Shown one piece after another: positions 10,352 through 20,299 of a stretch of 64,000 nucleotides of DNA. The stretch comes from an uncultured Acetatifactor sp. (GTDB taxonomy: Bacteria > Bacillota > Clostridia > Lachnospirales > Lachnospiraceae): NCBI GenBank assembly GCA_944384205.1, contig CALWSL010000005.1, positions 72,765 to 136,764 on the forward strand. Direction: 5' to 3'. Numbering within the stretch: the stretch's first letter is position 1; each line of letters starts with the position of its first letter. Made by a program: the position numbers and the translations under genes. The notes beneath the pieces are model-generated. The model did not search any database, was not told the origin of the DNA, and saw only the letters and a program-made list of their open reading frames with translations.

Positions 10352-10461
10352 ACGTTTGTCTGCGTTTTCCTTCCTGCCGCACAAAAACAGCAAACCACCT
10401 GTAAAAGGGTGATTCGCTGTCTTTCATCTTATCTTTGCAGCATCCTGATTTCTGCCTTATT

Positions 10462-12183
10462 TTAAATCAGTGCTTTTAAATCTTCTGTTAATTTTTTCAC
10501 TTTTGCATCTGCATCTGCAAGGCTGTCACCCTTTACGCCCATATAGAACTTAATCTTAGGCTCTGTACCGGAAGGACGTGCACAGCACCATGCGTTGTCA
10601 GGAAGTTCAAAATACAGAACGTTGGACTTAGGAAGCCCCGTAGTGGTTTTATCACCGGTTTCCATATCCACAATCACATCATTCTGGTAATCTCTGAATT
10701 TCAGTACCTTCAAATCACCGAATGCAGCAGGCGGATTCTGACGAAGCTTATCCATAATCTCTGCAATCTGCCTGGAACCGTCAATTCCCTTTAAGGTGAT
10801 GGTGTACTGCGTCTCCTTGAAGTATCCGTATTTCTCATAGGTCTCAAGCATCATATCCCAGAGAGTTTTTCCATGCTTCTTGCAGTATGCAGCAACCTCG
10901 CACAGACACATAACTGCCACGACAGCATCCTTATCTCTTGCGTGGGTACCTGCCAGACAGCCGTAGCTCTCTTCCAGACCAAATACATAATTGTTGCTTC
11001 CGGTCTGCTCAAACAGCTTAATCTGCTCACCGATAAACTTAAATCCTGTCAATACCTCAATCAGCTTTACACCGTAAGCCTGAGTAATGGGAACTGTCAT
11101 ATTAGTAGTTACAATGGTGGTAACAAGCGCAGGATTCTCCGGCATGGTGCCTGTAGCGGTTCTCTCTCTCAGAATATACTCTGCAATCAGCATACCTGAC
11201 ATATTACCGGTAAAGGATACATACTCGCCCGTCCTGGTATCCTTTGCATATACGCCGAGACGGTCTGCATCGGGGTCGGTTGCCAGAACGATATCCGCGT
11301 CCTTCTCCTTTGCAAGACGAAGCGCATAGGTAAACGCCTTTGGATCCTCCGGATTGGGGTAATCCAAAGTGGTAAATTTCGGGTCGGGATTCTCCTGCTC
11401 CGGTACAACATATACATTCTTAAATCCCAGCTCGGACAATACACGTCTTACAGGCACATTGCCGGTACCGCAGAGAGGAGTGTATACAATCTTAATATCC
11501 TCAGCCATCTCTTTGATAACTTCGGGATGAATAATCTGCTTTTTCAGCTCTGCCATGTATGCGTCATCAATTTCTTTGCCGATTACCTGATAAAGTCCTG
11601 CAGCGACAGCGGCATCCTTTTCCATGGTCTTTACCGTGTGGTAATCTTTGATGCTCTGCACTTCGTCGATAATTTCCTTATCTCTGGGGGCGGTAACCTG
11701 TGCGCCGTCCTCCCAGTATACCTTATAGCCGTTGTACTCAGGCGGATTATGGCTTGCCGTTACCACAATGCCTGCGGTACAGCCCAAAGTACGCAGTGCA
11801 AAGGACAGCTCGGGAGTAGGTCTCAAGGAATCAAATACATATGCTTTTATTCCATTTGCTGCCAGACAAAGCGCAGCCTCATCCGAAAATTCCGGCGACA
11901 TATTACGGGAATCATATGCAATGGCAACGCCCTTTGCCTGCGTACCCTGCTTCAAAATATAATTTGCAAGCCCCTGGGTGGCCTTACGGACGGTGTAAAT
12001 ATTCATACGGTTCGTACCTGCGCCGATAATGCCGCGAAGTCCGCCCGTACCAAACTCCAGCTCCTTATAGAAACGTTCCTCTATCTCTTTTTCATCATTG
12101 CGAATAGCCAATAACTCGTTTTTGGTATCCTGATCGAAATAATCATCATTTAACCAAAAATTAAATTCTTCCATGAAACCCAT
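10462..12183 (-). CDS. pgm: Phosphoglucomutase / phospho-sugar mutase
   Basis: FGTGGLRG, TASHNP (catalytic Ser), DPDADR, EESYG, RPSGTEPKIK. Confidence 0.95.
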   Translation of the reverse strand: MGFMEEFNFWLNDDYFDQDTKNELLAIRNDEKEIEERFYKELEFGTGGLRGIIGAGTNRMNIYTVRKATQGLANYILKQGTQAKGVAIAYDSRNMSPEFSDEAALCLAANGIKAYVFDSLRPTPELSFALRTLGCTAGIVVTASHNPPEYNGYKVYWEDGAQVTAPRDKEIIDEVQSIKDYHTVKTMEKDAAVAAGLYQVIGKEIDDAYMAELKKQIIHPEVIKEMAEDIKIVYTPLCGTGNVPVRRVLSELGFKNVYVVPEQENPDPKFTTLDYPNPEDPKAFTYALRLAKEKDADIVLATDPDADRLGVYAKDTRTGEYVSFTGNMSGMLIAEYILRERTATGTMPENPALVTTIVTTNMTVPITQAYGVKLIEVLTGFKFIGEQIKLFEQTGSNNYVFGLEESYGCLAGTHARDKDAVVAVMCLCEVAAYCKKHGKTLWDMMLETYEKYGYFKETQYTITLKGIDGSRQIAEIMDKLRQNPPAAFGDLKVLKFRDYQNDVIVDMETGDKTTTGLPKSNVLYFELPDNAWCCARPSGTEPKIKFYMGVKGDSLADADAKVKKLTEDLKALI

Positions 12184-12423
12184 TGTTTCGTCCTCCTCTG
12201 ACTACTGTTTTCTATTACTTTTGGTGATAAACATCGTTTTTATTTTACCATAAATTGTTTCCTGTGCAAACAGGATTTATAAAAAACTTCTGCTTGACTT
12301 CTCCAAAAACAGATGTTAACTTAATATCATCATATTTTTATTCTGTCATACAGAATTTCAAAAAGGTTCTTTGGTATTTCACCAAATATTCCTTATTATC
12401 TATCACAAAGGAGATTTTTATTT

Positions 12424-13440
12424 ATGACACAAGACAAAACAACTGCTAATTTCAACATTCATAAGGATTGCCGTTTAACGGGTATGTCTTATGAGACCGC
12501 TACCGGAACAATCGACTACGGAATGACCAACGACTACATGTTCCGAGCCATTCTGCAGAAGAATTCCTTTGTTCTGAAAGGACTGGTAAGTTCATTGTTA
12601 CATCTGCCTTCGGAAAATATTATCTCGATTGAAATTCTCAATCCCATCATACTGGGCGAGGACATTAAGTCAAAGGAATTTGTACTGGATATCAACATCC
12701 TGTTGAATAACAACACCCGGCTCAATCTTGAAATGCAAATTTCCAATCAATTCAACTGGACTGACCGCTCTCTCAGCTATCTCTGCCGTTCCTTCGACCA
12801 GCTTTTCCATAGTCAGGATTATACAGAAACGAAACCCATTATCCATGTCAGCTTTCTTGATTTCACACCTTTTCCCGATAATCTTGAATTTTACTCAACC
12901 TATAAACTGTTAAACGTAAAAAATTATCAAATATATAGTGACAAAATTGTGCTGTCTGTGGTAAACTTAAAACATATCGAATTAGCAACCGAAGAGGATA
13001 AGGCGAGCCAGCTTGACCACTGGGCGCGTCTTTTCAAGGCAAAGACATGGGAGGAGATTAAAATGATAGCTAAAAACAATGAATATCTTTCCGAAGCCTC
13101 ACAAACCCTATATGAGATGAATGCCGACAATACGATTCGCGAACAGTGCCTCTACAGACAGGAGCGCGAGAAGCGGGAGTATCTGATGAAAAAACGTATG
13201 CAGGAATTAACGGAAGAGAATTCCCATATTGCAAGAGCCATTGCTCATATGGAGGAAGAGAATGTCCGGCTTTCAGACGAAAAAAAGCATGTTATCGAAG
13301 AAAACGCAAGACTTACGGCTGAAAAAGAGCATGCTGTCGAAGAAAACGCAAGACTTACGGCTGAAAAAGAACACGCTGTCGAAGAGATTTCGCATCTTCG
13401 CGCTTTACTTGCAGAGCATAATATAAATGCAGATAATTAA
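12424..13440 (+). CDS. Rpn-family PD-(D/E)XK nuclease (PDDEXK_2 'putative transposase')
   Basis: MTNDYMF...LDINI...NLEMQ...DRSLSY...IHVSFLDF pattern; coiled-coil repeat tail; divergent to the surrounding operon. Confidence 0.85.
   Translation: MTQDKTTANFNIHKDCRLTGMSYETATGTIDYGMTNDYMFRAILQKNSFVLKGLVSSLLHLPSENIISIEILNPIILGEDIKSKEFVLDINILLNNNTRLNLEMQISNQFNWTDRSLSYLCRSFDQLFHSQDYTETKPIIHVSFLDFTPFPDNLEFYSTYKLLNVKNYQIYSDKIVLSVVNLKHIELATEEDKASQLDHWARLFKAKTWEEIKMIAKNNEYLSEASQTLYEMNADNTIREQCLYRQEREKREYLMKKRMQELTEENSHIARAIAHMEEENVRLSDEKKHVIEENARLTAEKEHAVEENARLTAEKEHAVEEISHLRALLAEHNINADN
13063..13440 (+). CDS. Putative internally initiated small Rpn protein (RpnS-like antitoxin), 125 aa
   Basis: GGAGGAG at 13050-13056, then in-frame ATG at 13063 (codon 214 of the Rpn ORF). 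Confidence 0.55.
   Translation: MIAKNNEYLSEASQTLYEMNADNTIREQCLYRQEREKREYLMKKRMQELTEENSHIARAIAHMEEENVRLSDEKKHVIEENARLTAEKEHAVEENARLTAEKEHAVEEISHLRALLAEHNINADN
13255..13386 (+). repeat. 42-bp coding tandem repeat, about 3 copies (EENARLTAEKEHAV)
   Basis: Units start at 13255, 13297 and 13339; the last two are almost identical. Confidence 0.9.
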
Positions 13441-13473
13441 TTTTTCAAATAAACGTTATGCAGGAAAGGACAC

Positions 13474-13519
13474 AATACAAGGTCAGCTAGGCATGCTTGG
13501 AATAGTTGGCCTCGTATTT
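13474..13519. terminator. Hairpin between convergent rpn and SGNH-like genes
   Basis: AATACAAGGTCAGCTA ... TAGTTGGCCTCGTATT pairs with G-U wobbles. Confidence 0.5.
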
Positions 13520-13556
13520 GTAAAAGTGTATTTACCTGTATTCTAATGAAAGTGCC

Positions 13557-14618
13557 CTACTGTCTGGGATAATATTCAAAAATCAGTACCGTATTTATCT
13601 CATTTACAAAGTCCCGCATCCTCTGCAATACACTCTCCCAGTTCTCCGCGGTCACTCTGCCCTCACCGGCATACATTTCCTCCAGCATGTATTGATTCAC
13701 ATCAGGACAATAATGCACTAAATCCATATAATTATCAAGGTTGCATACAATGTCTTCCTCGTTTTGATAATAGTAAACTTCCACGTTGTCATAGCTTAAC
13801 AGCACCGGAAGGGCCTGCTCCAAAATATAAAACCGCTCCTCCAACTGTCCGTTGACATAGGCACAATCCCACCATATCATGGAATAGGGCGGAAAAAGAA
13901 AACGATAGGTAATCTCAGGATGACTTTCAATCTGTTCTGCAATCAGTTTCAGATTCTGTCTGATTTTTTCCTTGCTTTCCGAAAAATCCTGCGGTTCCAG
14001 AACGCTGTCAGGTCTGGTATATGCCTGCATTGCCTTCGCTGCGCTGAATTCCTTACCTCTCGACCAGTCATAAGCATTTCCTCCCACATTCCTGCCCTCT
14101 TTCTCATAAGCAAGCATGGTGGGAATGGTTTCCAAGAGAATCTCTTTGTTGAAAATATAGGTATTATCATCCAGAATGGTTTCCGTGTGCAGGTATCGGG
14201 GAACGTCCTCGCCGTACAACGTACACTCAGGCTCCGAGCTGACTGCCGTCAGATCCAGACACCAGAATACATTTTTCAGCTTCTGCTTCTGCTCCGCCAT
14301 TTCCAGATAATATAACAAATCCGCTGCGGATCCCGAAGCGCGGATGATTTTCAGTGTATTACAATCATATTTTTCATCCAAAAAGCTGCTGTCGCAGTTC
14401 TCCGTAACCGATGAGCCTACAAGGACACTGTCATAAGATAAATTTCTGATACTTCCCGGCATTTGATTATCCCTGTCATTCAGCACAGCCTCCCTTCCTC
14501 CAAACGGAGCATGGTACTGACAGAACGGATCAAACACCCACACAATAAAGAAAATCAGCAAAGCCTCCGCCGCTATCATGCACAATAGTCGTATAAGCCC
14601 CTTCTTCTTCGTAAACAT
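13557..14618 (-). CDS. Membrane-anchored SGNH-like partner of MBOAT (AlgJ/PatB-like)
   Basis: N-terminal TM, LVGSS motif, FPPYS, DLVHY; directly downstream of the MBOAT gene. Confidence 0.65.
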   Translation of the reverse strand: MFTKKKGLIRLLCMIAAEALLIFFIVWVFDPFCQYHAPFGGREAVLNDRDNQMPGSIRNLSYDSVLVGSSVTENCDSSFLDEKYDCNTLKIIRASGSAADLLYYLEMAEQKQKLKNVFWCLDLTAVSSEPECTLYGEDVPRYLHTETILDDNTYIFNKEILLETIPTMLAYEKEGRNVGGNAYDWSRGKEFSAAKAMQAYTRPDSVLEPQDFSESKEKIRQNLKLIAEQIESHPEITYRFLFPPYSMIWWDCAYVNGQLEERFYILEQALPVLLSYDNVEVYYYQNEEDIVCNLDNYMDLVHYCPDVNQYMLEEMYAGEGRVTAENWESVLQRMRDFVNEINTVLIFEYYPRQ

Positions 14619-14647
14619 AAAACTTCCTCCCGCCCGGTTTAGAATAA

Positions 14648-16111
14648 TCAAAAGTTAAAGTACAAAAACGTACTCACCTGAGACAAGGATATATAGGACC
14701 ACATGAATAGGGTTGCCATACAAAATGCTCCCATGGCAGTTTTTCCCTTTGTCTGAATCCATTCCTCCGCCTTTTTGCCCCGTACCAGAAGAATGCAAAT
14801 CAGCAACAGAACCAGATAATTCCCCGCATAAAAAAGATTCAGATACTGAGGAGCCAGCATTTCCAGCGCCTTTCGGAACGGATAGTTTTCCGCAAACTGC
14901 AGGGTGTTGCAGATACCGAAAAACATTCCGGTATTGCCGCCGGCAAACAGCTTTTTCCAAAACAGCAGCGCCTGTTCCATGGTATCACAGCGAAATACCG
15001 CCCAACTGCAAGCCAGAAAGAAATTCGTCACTAAGATATTAAGCTTTTCCCACTTAAATCGAAGCCTCGGGAAAAGCGTTTCCCACACCACCGCCAATCC
15101 GTGCATACAGCCCCAGACAATAAAGGTCCAGTTCGCGCCATGCCAGATACCGCTGACTAAGAATACCACAAACAGATTCACACACTGTCTTGCCTTTCCC
15201 TTGCGATTGCCGCCCAGAGGAATATAGATATAGCTGGAAAGAAAGCGGGAAAGCGTCATGTGCCACCGTCTCCAGAAATCCTTCACGGAAGAGGCTTTCA
15301 TCGGCGCGTTGAAGTTCTCAGGAAGCTCAAACCCAAACATCCTGCCGATACCTCTTGCCATATCGCAATAGCCGCTGAAATCAAAATATAATTCAAACAC
15401 ATAAAAAATAAGCGCCGCCCATGCTGAAGGAGCGTCCAGATAAGCAATATTGTTAAACTCCGCATTTACCAGTATCGCCAGCGTGTCTGCCAGCAATACC
15501 TTTTTTGCCAACCCTAAGATAAACAGGGTAAACCCATCATATAGGGCTTCCGCAGACGGCTTCCGCATTTTGCGTTCCAAGAGCTGTGGTACAAATTCCT
15601 GATAAAGTACAATGGGACCTGCAATTAATTGCGGGAAAAAACTGATAAAACAGCAATAATTCAGGATTCCGGTATGCTCCACCCTTCTGAAATACCGTTC
15701 AATCACATAGGAAAGCTGCTGAAACGTAAAGAAGCTGATACCCAGAGGCAGCGCTATTTTCTCGATAGAAATATTCGTATGCAGCAGATAATTGCAGTTA
15801 TCGATAAAGAAATTGAAGTACTTAAAGTAAAGTAATAACCCTATATTTCCTGTGATTCCCACTCCCAATAGTGTCTTTCTGCCGACCCTGTTCCGGACAC
15901 GCTCAAAGAATACGCTCAAAACATAGTTGAACCCCATGCTTGCCAGCAGAATCCACAGGTAGGACACATTATAGTATCCGTAAAACCACAGCGACATTCC
16001 GATCAGAAACACCTTGGCGTATGCAGGATTCCGAAACTGCTGCAATAAATACCATCCCGCCAGCGTAATCGGCAAAAAGACCGTTAAAAAGAAAACCGAA
16101 TTGAATAACAT
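14648..16111 (-). CDS. MBOAT O-acyltransferase (AlgI/DltB family)
   Basis: LPLGISFFTFQQ, FFPQLIAGPI, LYFDFSGYCDMA, DFWRRWHMTLS, SGIWHGANWTF. Confidence 0.93.
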   Translation of the reverse strand: MLFNSVFFLTVFLPITLAGWYLLQQFRNPAYAKVFLIGMSLWFYGYYNVSYLWILLASMGFNYVLSVFFERVRNRVGRKTLLGVGITGNIGLLLYFKYFNFFIDNCNYLLHTNISIEKIALPLGISFFTFQQLSYVIERYFRRVEHTGILNYCCFISFFPQLIAGPIVLYQEFVPQLLERKMRKPSAEALYDGFTLFILGLAKKVLLADTLAILVNAEFNNIAYLDAPSAWAALIFYVFELYFDFSGYCDMARGIGRMFGFELPENFNAPMKASSVKDFWRRWHMTLSRFLSSYIYIPLGGNRKGKARQCVNLFVVFLVSGIWHGANWTFIVWGCMHGLAVVWETLFPRLRFKWEKLNILVTNFFLACSWAVFRCDTMEQALLFWKKLFAGGNTGMFFGICNTLQFAENYPFRKALEMLAPQYLNLFYAGNYLVLLLICILLVRGKKAEEWIQTKGKTAMGAFCMATLFMWSYISLSQVSTFLYFNF

Positions 16112-16114
16112 ATT

Positions 16115-18166
16115 TTAGCCTTTCTGTATCTTAAGAGAAAAGTCGCTGCGATCCAGTGAAAAATTAGGATTGTAATAAGGGTCGCCCTTTTCCAGCTCTT
16201 CTCTCCATTTCTCCCGGAATTTTGCGGATTCCTGATTATAACGCTCCGCCTTCTCACCCGCATCATCCAATCCCCTGGAAATGGATTCATAGTGATACAG
16301 CTCCGCAAAAGGGGTAAATACATTCAGCAGGTTTTTCTTTCGCAGTTTCAGGCAGAAATCCACATCATTCAAAGAAATGGCAAAGCTCTCCTCCAGTCCG
16401 CCCACTTCATCATAAAGGCACTTCTTCACCATCAGGCAGGCGCCTGTGACTGCCGAAACATCCTGCGCATAGCAGAGGCGCCCCATATACCCCAGATTCT
16501 GCCTGTGCTGCCTGTAATGGCTGTGCCCCGCCGTCCTGTGAGCCCCTAACCCCAACACAACACCGGCATGTTGAATCGTTTTGTCTGCATAATAAAGCTT
16601 TGCGCCGACTGCGCCCACATCCTTCCGCTGGGCGTACATCAAAAGCTCTTCCATCCAGTTCACGGTGATGACTTCCGTATCATTATTCAGCAGCAGGATA
16701 TACTCTCCCGTTGCGTAACGCTCTCCCAGATTGTTTACCGCAGAATAATTAAAGGTCCCCTTGTAGGTAACGATTGCAATTCTGCCGTCCTCACTGCGAA
16801 GCACGCCTCTACCCGTCTCCTGCTCCTTTTCCTCTTCTCGTCTCTCAGCATCCAGCTTTGTCTGGGCTTCTTCATAGGAAAATCCCAAAAGCGCAGTGTA
16901 ATACTCCCTGATTTCCTGAGTAGTACTGTTGTTTTCCACAATAATAATCTCATAGTTGTCGTAAGTGGATTTTTCCAAGATAGAAGTCACACACCGTTTC
17001 AAATCCGAGGCATGGTCCTTGTTGGCTATCACAATGGAAATCTTCGGTGTACCGATAATTTCATAACGGATACGGAAAATCGTCTCAAATGCTCTGGTAC
17101 TGAGAATCTGAAAGTGGTTAAACCCATGCTTCTTAAGATGTTCCGCTATCGCGCCTTTTGCCGCTTGAGTGGCATAGGGCTTTGCATCGATTCCCGAAGC
17201 CACGCTGCCCGCATGACTTCTCCAATAATACATCAGTCTGGGCACATGTACGATTTTCTTCGCGTTATCGGTCAGACGCAGAATCATATCATGATCCTGA
17301 CTGCCATCAAACCTGGGACGAAACAGCTCATTGCCATCCAAAAGACTTCTGGCAAACACGCTGAAATGACAGATATAATTATTGGCGCGCAAATTGTCCG
17401 GCGCATAATCCGGCTTAAAGTGCATCGTCAGCATCTTATTAATATCGCCGCTTTTGAAGGTAGTTTCATCACAATACAGATAATCCGCGCCCTGCTCATT
17501 GATTGCTTTGACATATTCATACAAAACAGAAGGATGCAGAATATCATCCTGGTCAAACAGCCCGATATATTCCCCAGTGGCAAGCTTTAGGCACTCGTTG
17601 GTGTTGCCTGCGATACCGCCGTTTTTTTCCAGTTTCTTATATATGATTCTTCCGCCTGCCCGCTCCGCATATTCCCTGCAGATTTCCCCGATATAGCTGT
17701 GCTCCTCATCGGAACCGTCTGCCAGACAAAGCTCCCAGTTTGCGTACGTCTGATTCATCACGGAATCCAGCATCTCAATCTGAAATTCCCGCCGGTTGTT
17801 CCAAAGAGGTACCAGAATACTGATTTTCACCATCCTTGGAAATACGGTCTCCCGCTCTCTCTTTGCCTGTTCCTCGTCAGGGAAGCTCTCCGTGCCAAAC
17901 TGCTTCATTGCCTCGCGCTCCCGCTTCTTGTAATCCAGTTTTGCAAGCACGCCTTTGGGACCGCCGCAATTTGACACTCTGTCTTTTTGTCTGATTGCCC
18001 AATGCACAGCTTTTCTGGCAGGCTTGCTGACTTTCCAGAGGGGATTGTTTTTAATTCGGTCCAGCTTCCATGTAAGCTCGTCATTTTTGGATTCCAGGTC
18101 TGCAATTCTTGCCGCCAAATCTGCATTTTTCAAATGTTCTTTTTCATAGGCTTCCTTATAATCCAT
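16115..18166 (-). CDS. Double-domain GT2 glycosyltransferase with N-terminal coiled coil (polymerase-like)
   Basis: Two GT2 modules (ISILVPLWN...DQDD...GSQDHD; ISIVIAN...LLNND...NDVDFCL) after a heptad-rich N-terminus. Confidence 0.88.
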   Translation of the reverse strand: MDYKEAYEKEHLKNADLAARIADLESKNDELTWKLDRIKNNPLWKVSKPARKAVHWAIRQKDRVSNCGGPKGVLAKLDYKKREREAMKQFGTESFPDEEQAKRERETVFPRMVKISILVPLWNNRREFQIEMLDSVMNQTYANWELCLADGSDEEHSYIGEICREYAERAGGRIIYKKLEKNGGIAGNTNECLKLATGEYIGLFDQDDILHPSVLYEYVKAINEQGADYLYCDETTFKSGDINKMLTMHFKPDYAPDNLRANNYICHFSVFARSLLDGNELFRPRFDGSQDHDMILRLTDNAKKIVHVPRLMYYWRSHAGSVASGIDAKPYATQAAKGAIAEHLKKHGFNHFQILSTRAFETIFRIRYEIIGTPKISIVIANKDHASDLKRCVTSILEKSTYDNYEIIIVENNSTTQEIREYYTALLGFSYEEAQTKLDAERREEEKEQETGRGVLRSEDGRIAIVTYKGTFNYSAVNNLGERYATGEYILLLNNDTEVITVNWMEELLMYAQRKDVGAVGAKLYYADKTIQHAGVVLGLGAHRTAGHSHYRQHRQNLGYMGRLCYAQDVSAVTGACLMVKKCLYDEVGGLEESFAISLNDVDFCLKLRKKNLLNVFTPFAELYHYESISRGLDDAGEKAERYNQESAKFREKWREELEKGDPYYNPNFSLDRSDFSLKIQKG

Positions 18167-18204
18167 ATCTGCCTTCCTGTTCTTGTTATATTTTTAACAC
18201 TCCA

Positions 18205-20298
18205 TCACTTCCGAAAATATCGCTTTGCGCCGTTCTCCATGTCCTTTGCAACATAAGAAGGCACCCGTATCATTTCCATTTCCGCATGTAACACATTTTT
18301 ATCCTGCTTTGGGTATTTTCCCAAGCTGATATTGATATTGGGGTCGTCAGTACTGAAAACCATACAAACGGAAGCAGGGTTCTCTTTTCCGGGCTTCAGC
18401 AAAGTACCGTTAATAATAAACTGCTTTCTGCCCTTGCAATCCACATCTGTACCGTTAAAGGTCAGTTTTTTCACCTTCACCACACAGGAACACAGGGAAG
18501 GGTCAATGCGCAGCATTTTTACATCGCTTCCCACCGGAATCTCAAAGGCAATATCCTTATCCGACCGATATGCCTCCCGCACATAATAGGATTTTTCTTC
18601 ACTGTAGCCCTCACCGCAATCCTCGTATATCTGAACCCTGTTCACTTCCGCAGAATCCGGGTAGCACTCCAGAGATTTCTGCGGTTCCCACATACGGTTT
18701 CCCAGAGACATACGCATTTGTTCCAGAGAACAGTAGTCCTCTGCCACAACATCCTGAAACGCCTGTTCCTCATCCAGATAAGCATCCGCCTCCGCTTTGG
18801 AAATGCAAAGCTCTCTCAAAATCCTGTCCATATCTATCTTTTCACTGTATTCCGTTTCCTTCCTGAAATAGTGAAGCGCCCTGTATGCCAGCATACGCGG
18901 ATTTACAAATCTTTCCACAGTCCACTCATAATCCAGCACCGTCCATTTATCTCCCGATACATACACATTGGAAAATATCATGTCATAATCCGTGATTGGC
19001 GCGGCTTCGTTATAACCGCTCTTCTCCACATACTCTCTGAACAGGGCATAGAAGCCGTCCAAATCATCCCGCTGCAGGCACTGATTCATCCGTTCGGAAA
19101 GCTGTGTTCCCTCCACGTATTCTAAATTGGCTGCAACGCCCTCCGTCGTCTCCTCCAGTGTACACCGGTTCATTTCCAGACCGCTTCCCCGGTATCTTCC
19201 GGAAAGCTTCTCATAAGCGCTGCCGAGTTCCCGAATATGCTTCCCTGCAGCGGCGCTCATGGGGTATTTGCGCACCTGCATCTTTTGTTTTCCATCTTCG
19301 TCAGTAACTTTCTTAATTTCCGTTTTAATGCGGTATTTTTCCGCCCTGTCGTTGGAATATTTGGTGAATTTTACGTCAAAGCCATCGCCGATTACTGCCA
19401 GATAGGAATTGGAGAAAACCGGGAATAATTCATCCTCCACAATCCCGTTAAACGCCCGCGTCTCATCGAACAAAAGCATTCTGTCCTTGTCAAAATTTCT
19501 GTAGTTTGTAGTCAATTCGCCTTTTTTGGGTAAATATTCATCAGAATAAACCGTGGACATAAATTTATAATCGGGATAGGGATAATAAAAATGATACTTC
19601 TCCACGCCGCAGGCTTTAAAAATCCGCTCTAAGCCCATCCTGCTAAAAGTGCGCACTCCTGCATCCGCCTTGTAGTTCTCGATTCCGTCAAAAAAAGTGC
19701 CTACATGGTCTTCCCTGCATCCTGCAAAATATTTTAATCCTAATTTATTTTCGATGGCAATCAGCATCCTGCCCTTCGGGGACAAATGTTTTTTTAAAAT
19801 CTTCAGAAAATCCTCAAAAGGCGTGTTACCGCCAATATAGCTCTGGGCATATTCAAATACACCAATCAGACAGATGTAGTCGTAATCGGTATCCAAATCC
19901 TGTTCAATATCCTTAAAATTCCCTACATGAATGGTCACATTACCGCACTCCCGGTGACGGTAAGCATTAATCAGACTTCTCTTTTTGGACAAATCCACAC
20001 AGGTCACTTCCCCTGCCTTCCGCGACAGCACGCCTGTAATAGCGCCGCAGCCGCTTCCCACCTCAAGCACCTTTGCTTTTTTATCCATGGGAACCCATTC
20101 CACAATATTCTCCCGCAGGAAAGATAAATGGTAAAGAAAGGGCCAGTTATTTTTTTCCCTGATAATACGGTTATATTCTTCAGGCGTATGATTTTTGACC
20201 GTTTCCAAAAGTTCATCCTCTATCTCGCCGTCACTGTAAAAGTCCTGCCCCGAATATCTGCTGTAATCCAGCGTTACTTTTCCGATTTTCTCCTGCAT
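18205..20298 (-). CDS. Class I SAM methyltransferase with a kinase-like middle region; candidate glycan chain terminator
   Basis: VLEVGSGCGAIT SAM motif, LIGVFEY; later YDMIFSN...VLDYEW resembles kinase catalytic/Mg loops; located between wzt and the double GT2. Confidence 0.72.
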   Translation of the reverse strand: MQEKIGKVTLDYSRYSGQDFYSDGEIEDELLETVKNHTPEEYNRIIREKNNWPFLYHLSFLRENIVEWVPMDKKAKVLEVGSGCGAITGVLSRKAGEVTCVDLSKKRSLINAYRHRECGNVTIHVGNFKDIEQDLDTDYDYICLIGVFEYAQSYIGGNTPFEDFLKILKKHLSPKGRMLIAIENKLGLKYFAGCREDHVGTFFDGIENYKADAGVRTFSRMGLERIFKACGVEKYHFYYPYPDYKFMSTVYSDEYLPKKGELTTNYRNFDKDRMLLFDETRAFNGIVEDELFPVFSNSYLAVIGDGFDVKFTKYSNDRAEKYRIKTEIKKVTDEDGKQKMQVRKYPMSAAAGKHIRELGSAYEKLSGRYRGSGLEMNRCTLEETTEGVAANLEYVEGTQLSERMNQCLQRDDLDGFYALFREYVEKSGYNEAAPITDYDMIFSNVYVSGDKWTVLDYEWTVERFVNPRMLAYRALHYFRKETEYSEKIDMDRILRELCISKAEADAYLDEEQAFQDVVAEDYCSLEQMRMSLGNRMWEPQKSLECYPDSAEVNRVQIYEDCGEGYSEEKSYYVREAYRSDKDIAFEIPVGSDVKMLRIDPSLCSCVVKVKKLTFNGTDVDCKGRKQFIINGTLLKPGKENPASVCMVFSTDDPNINISLGKYPKQDKNVLHAEMEMIRVPSYVAKDMENGAKRYFRK

Positions 20299-20299
20299 T

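Noticed and set aside
12424-13440. Rpn genes called as active IS transposases
   Set aside because: No terminal inverted repeats or target duplications around this gene; transposase activity is not established for this family
16568-17590. 340-aa plus-strand ORF
   Set aside because: Antisense shadow of the double GT2
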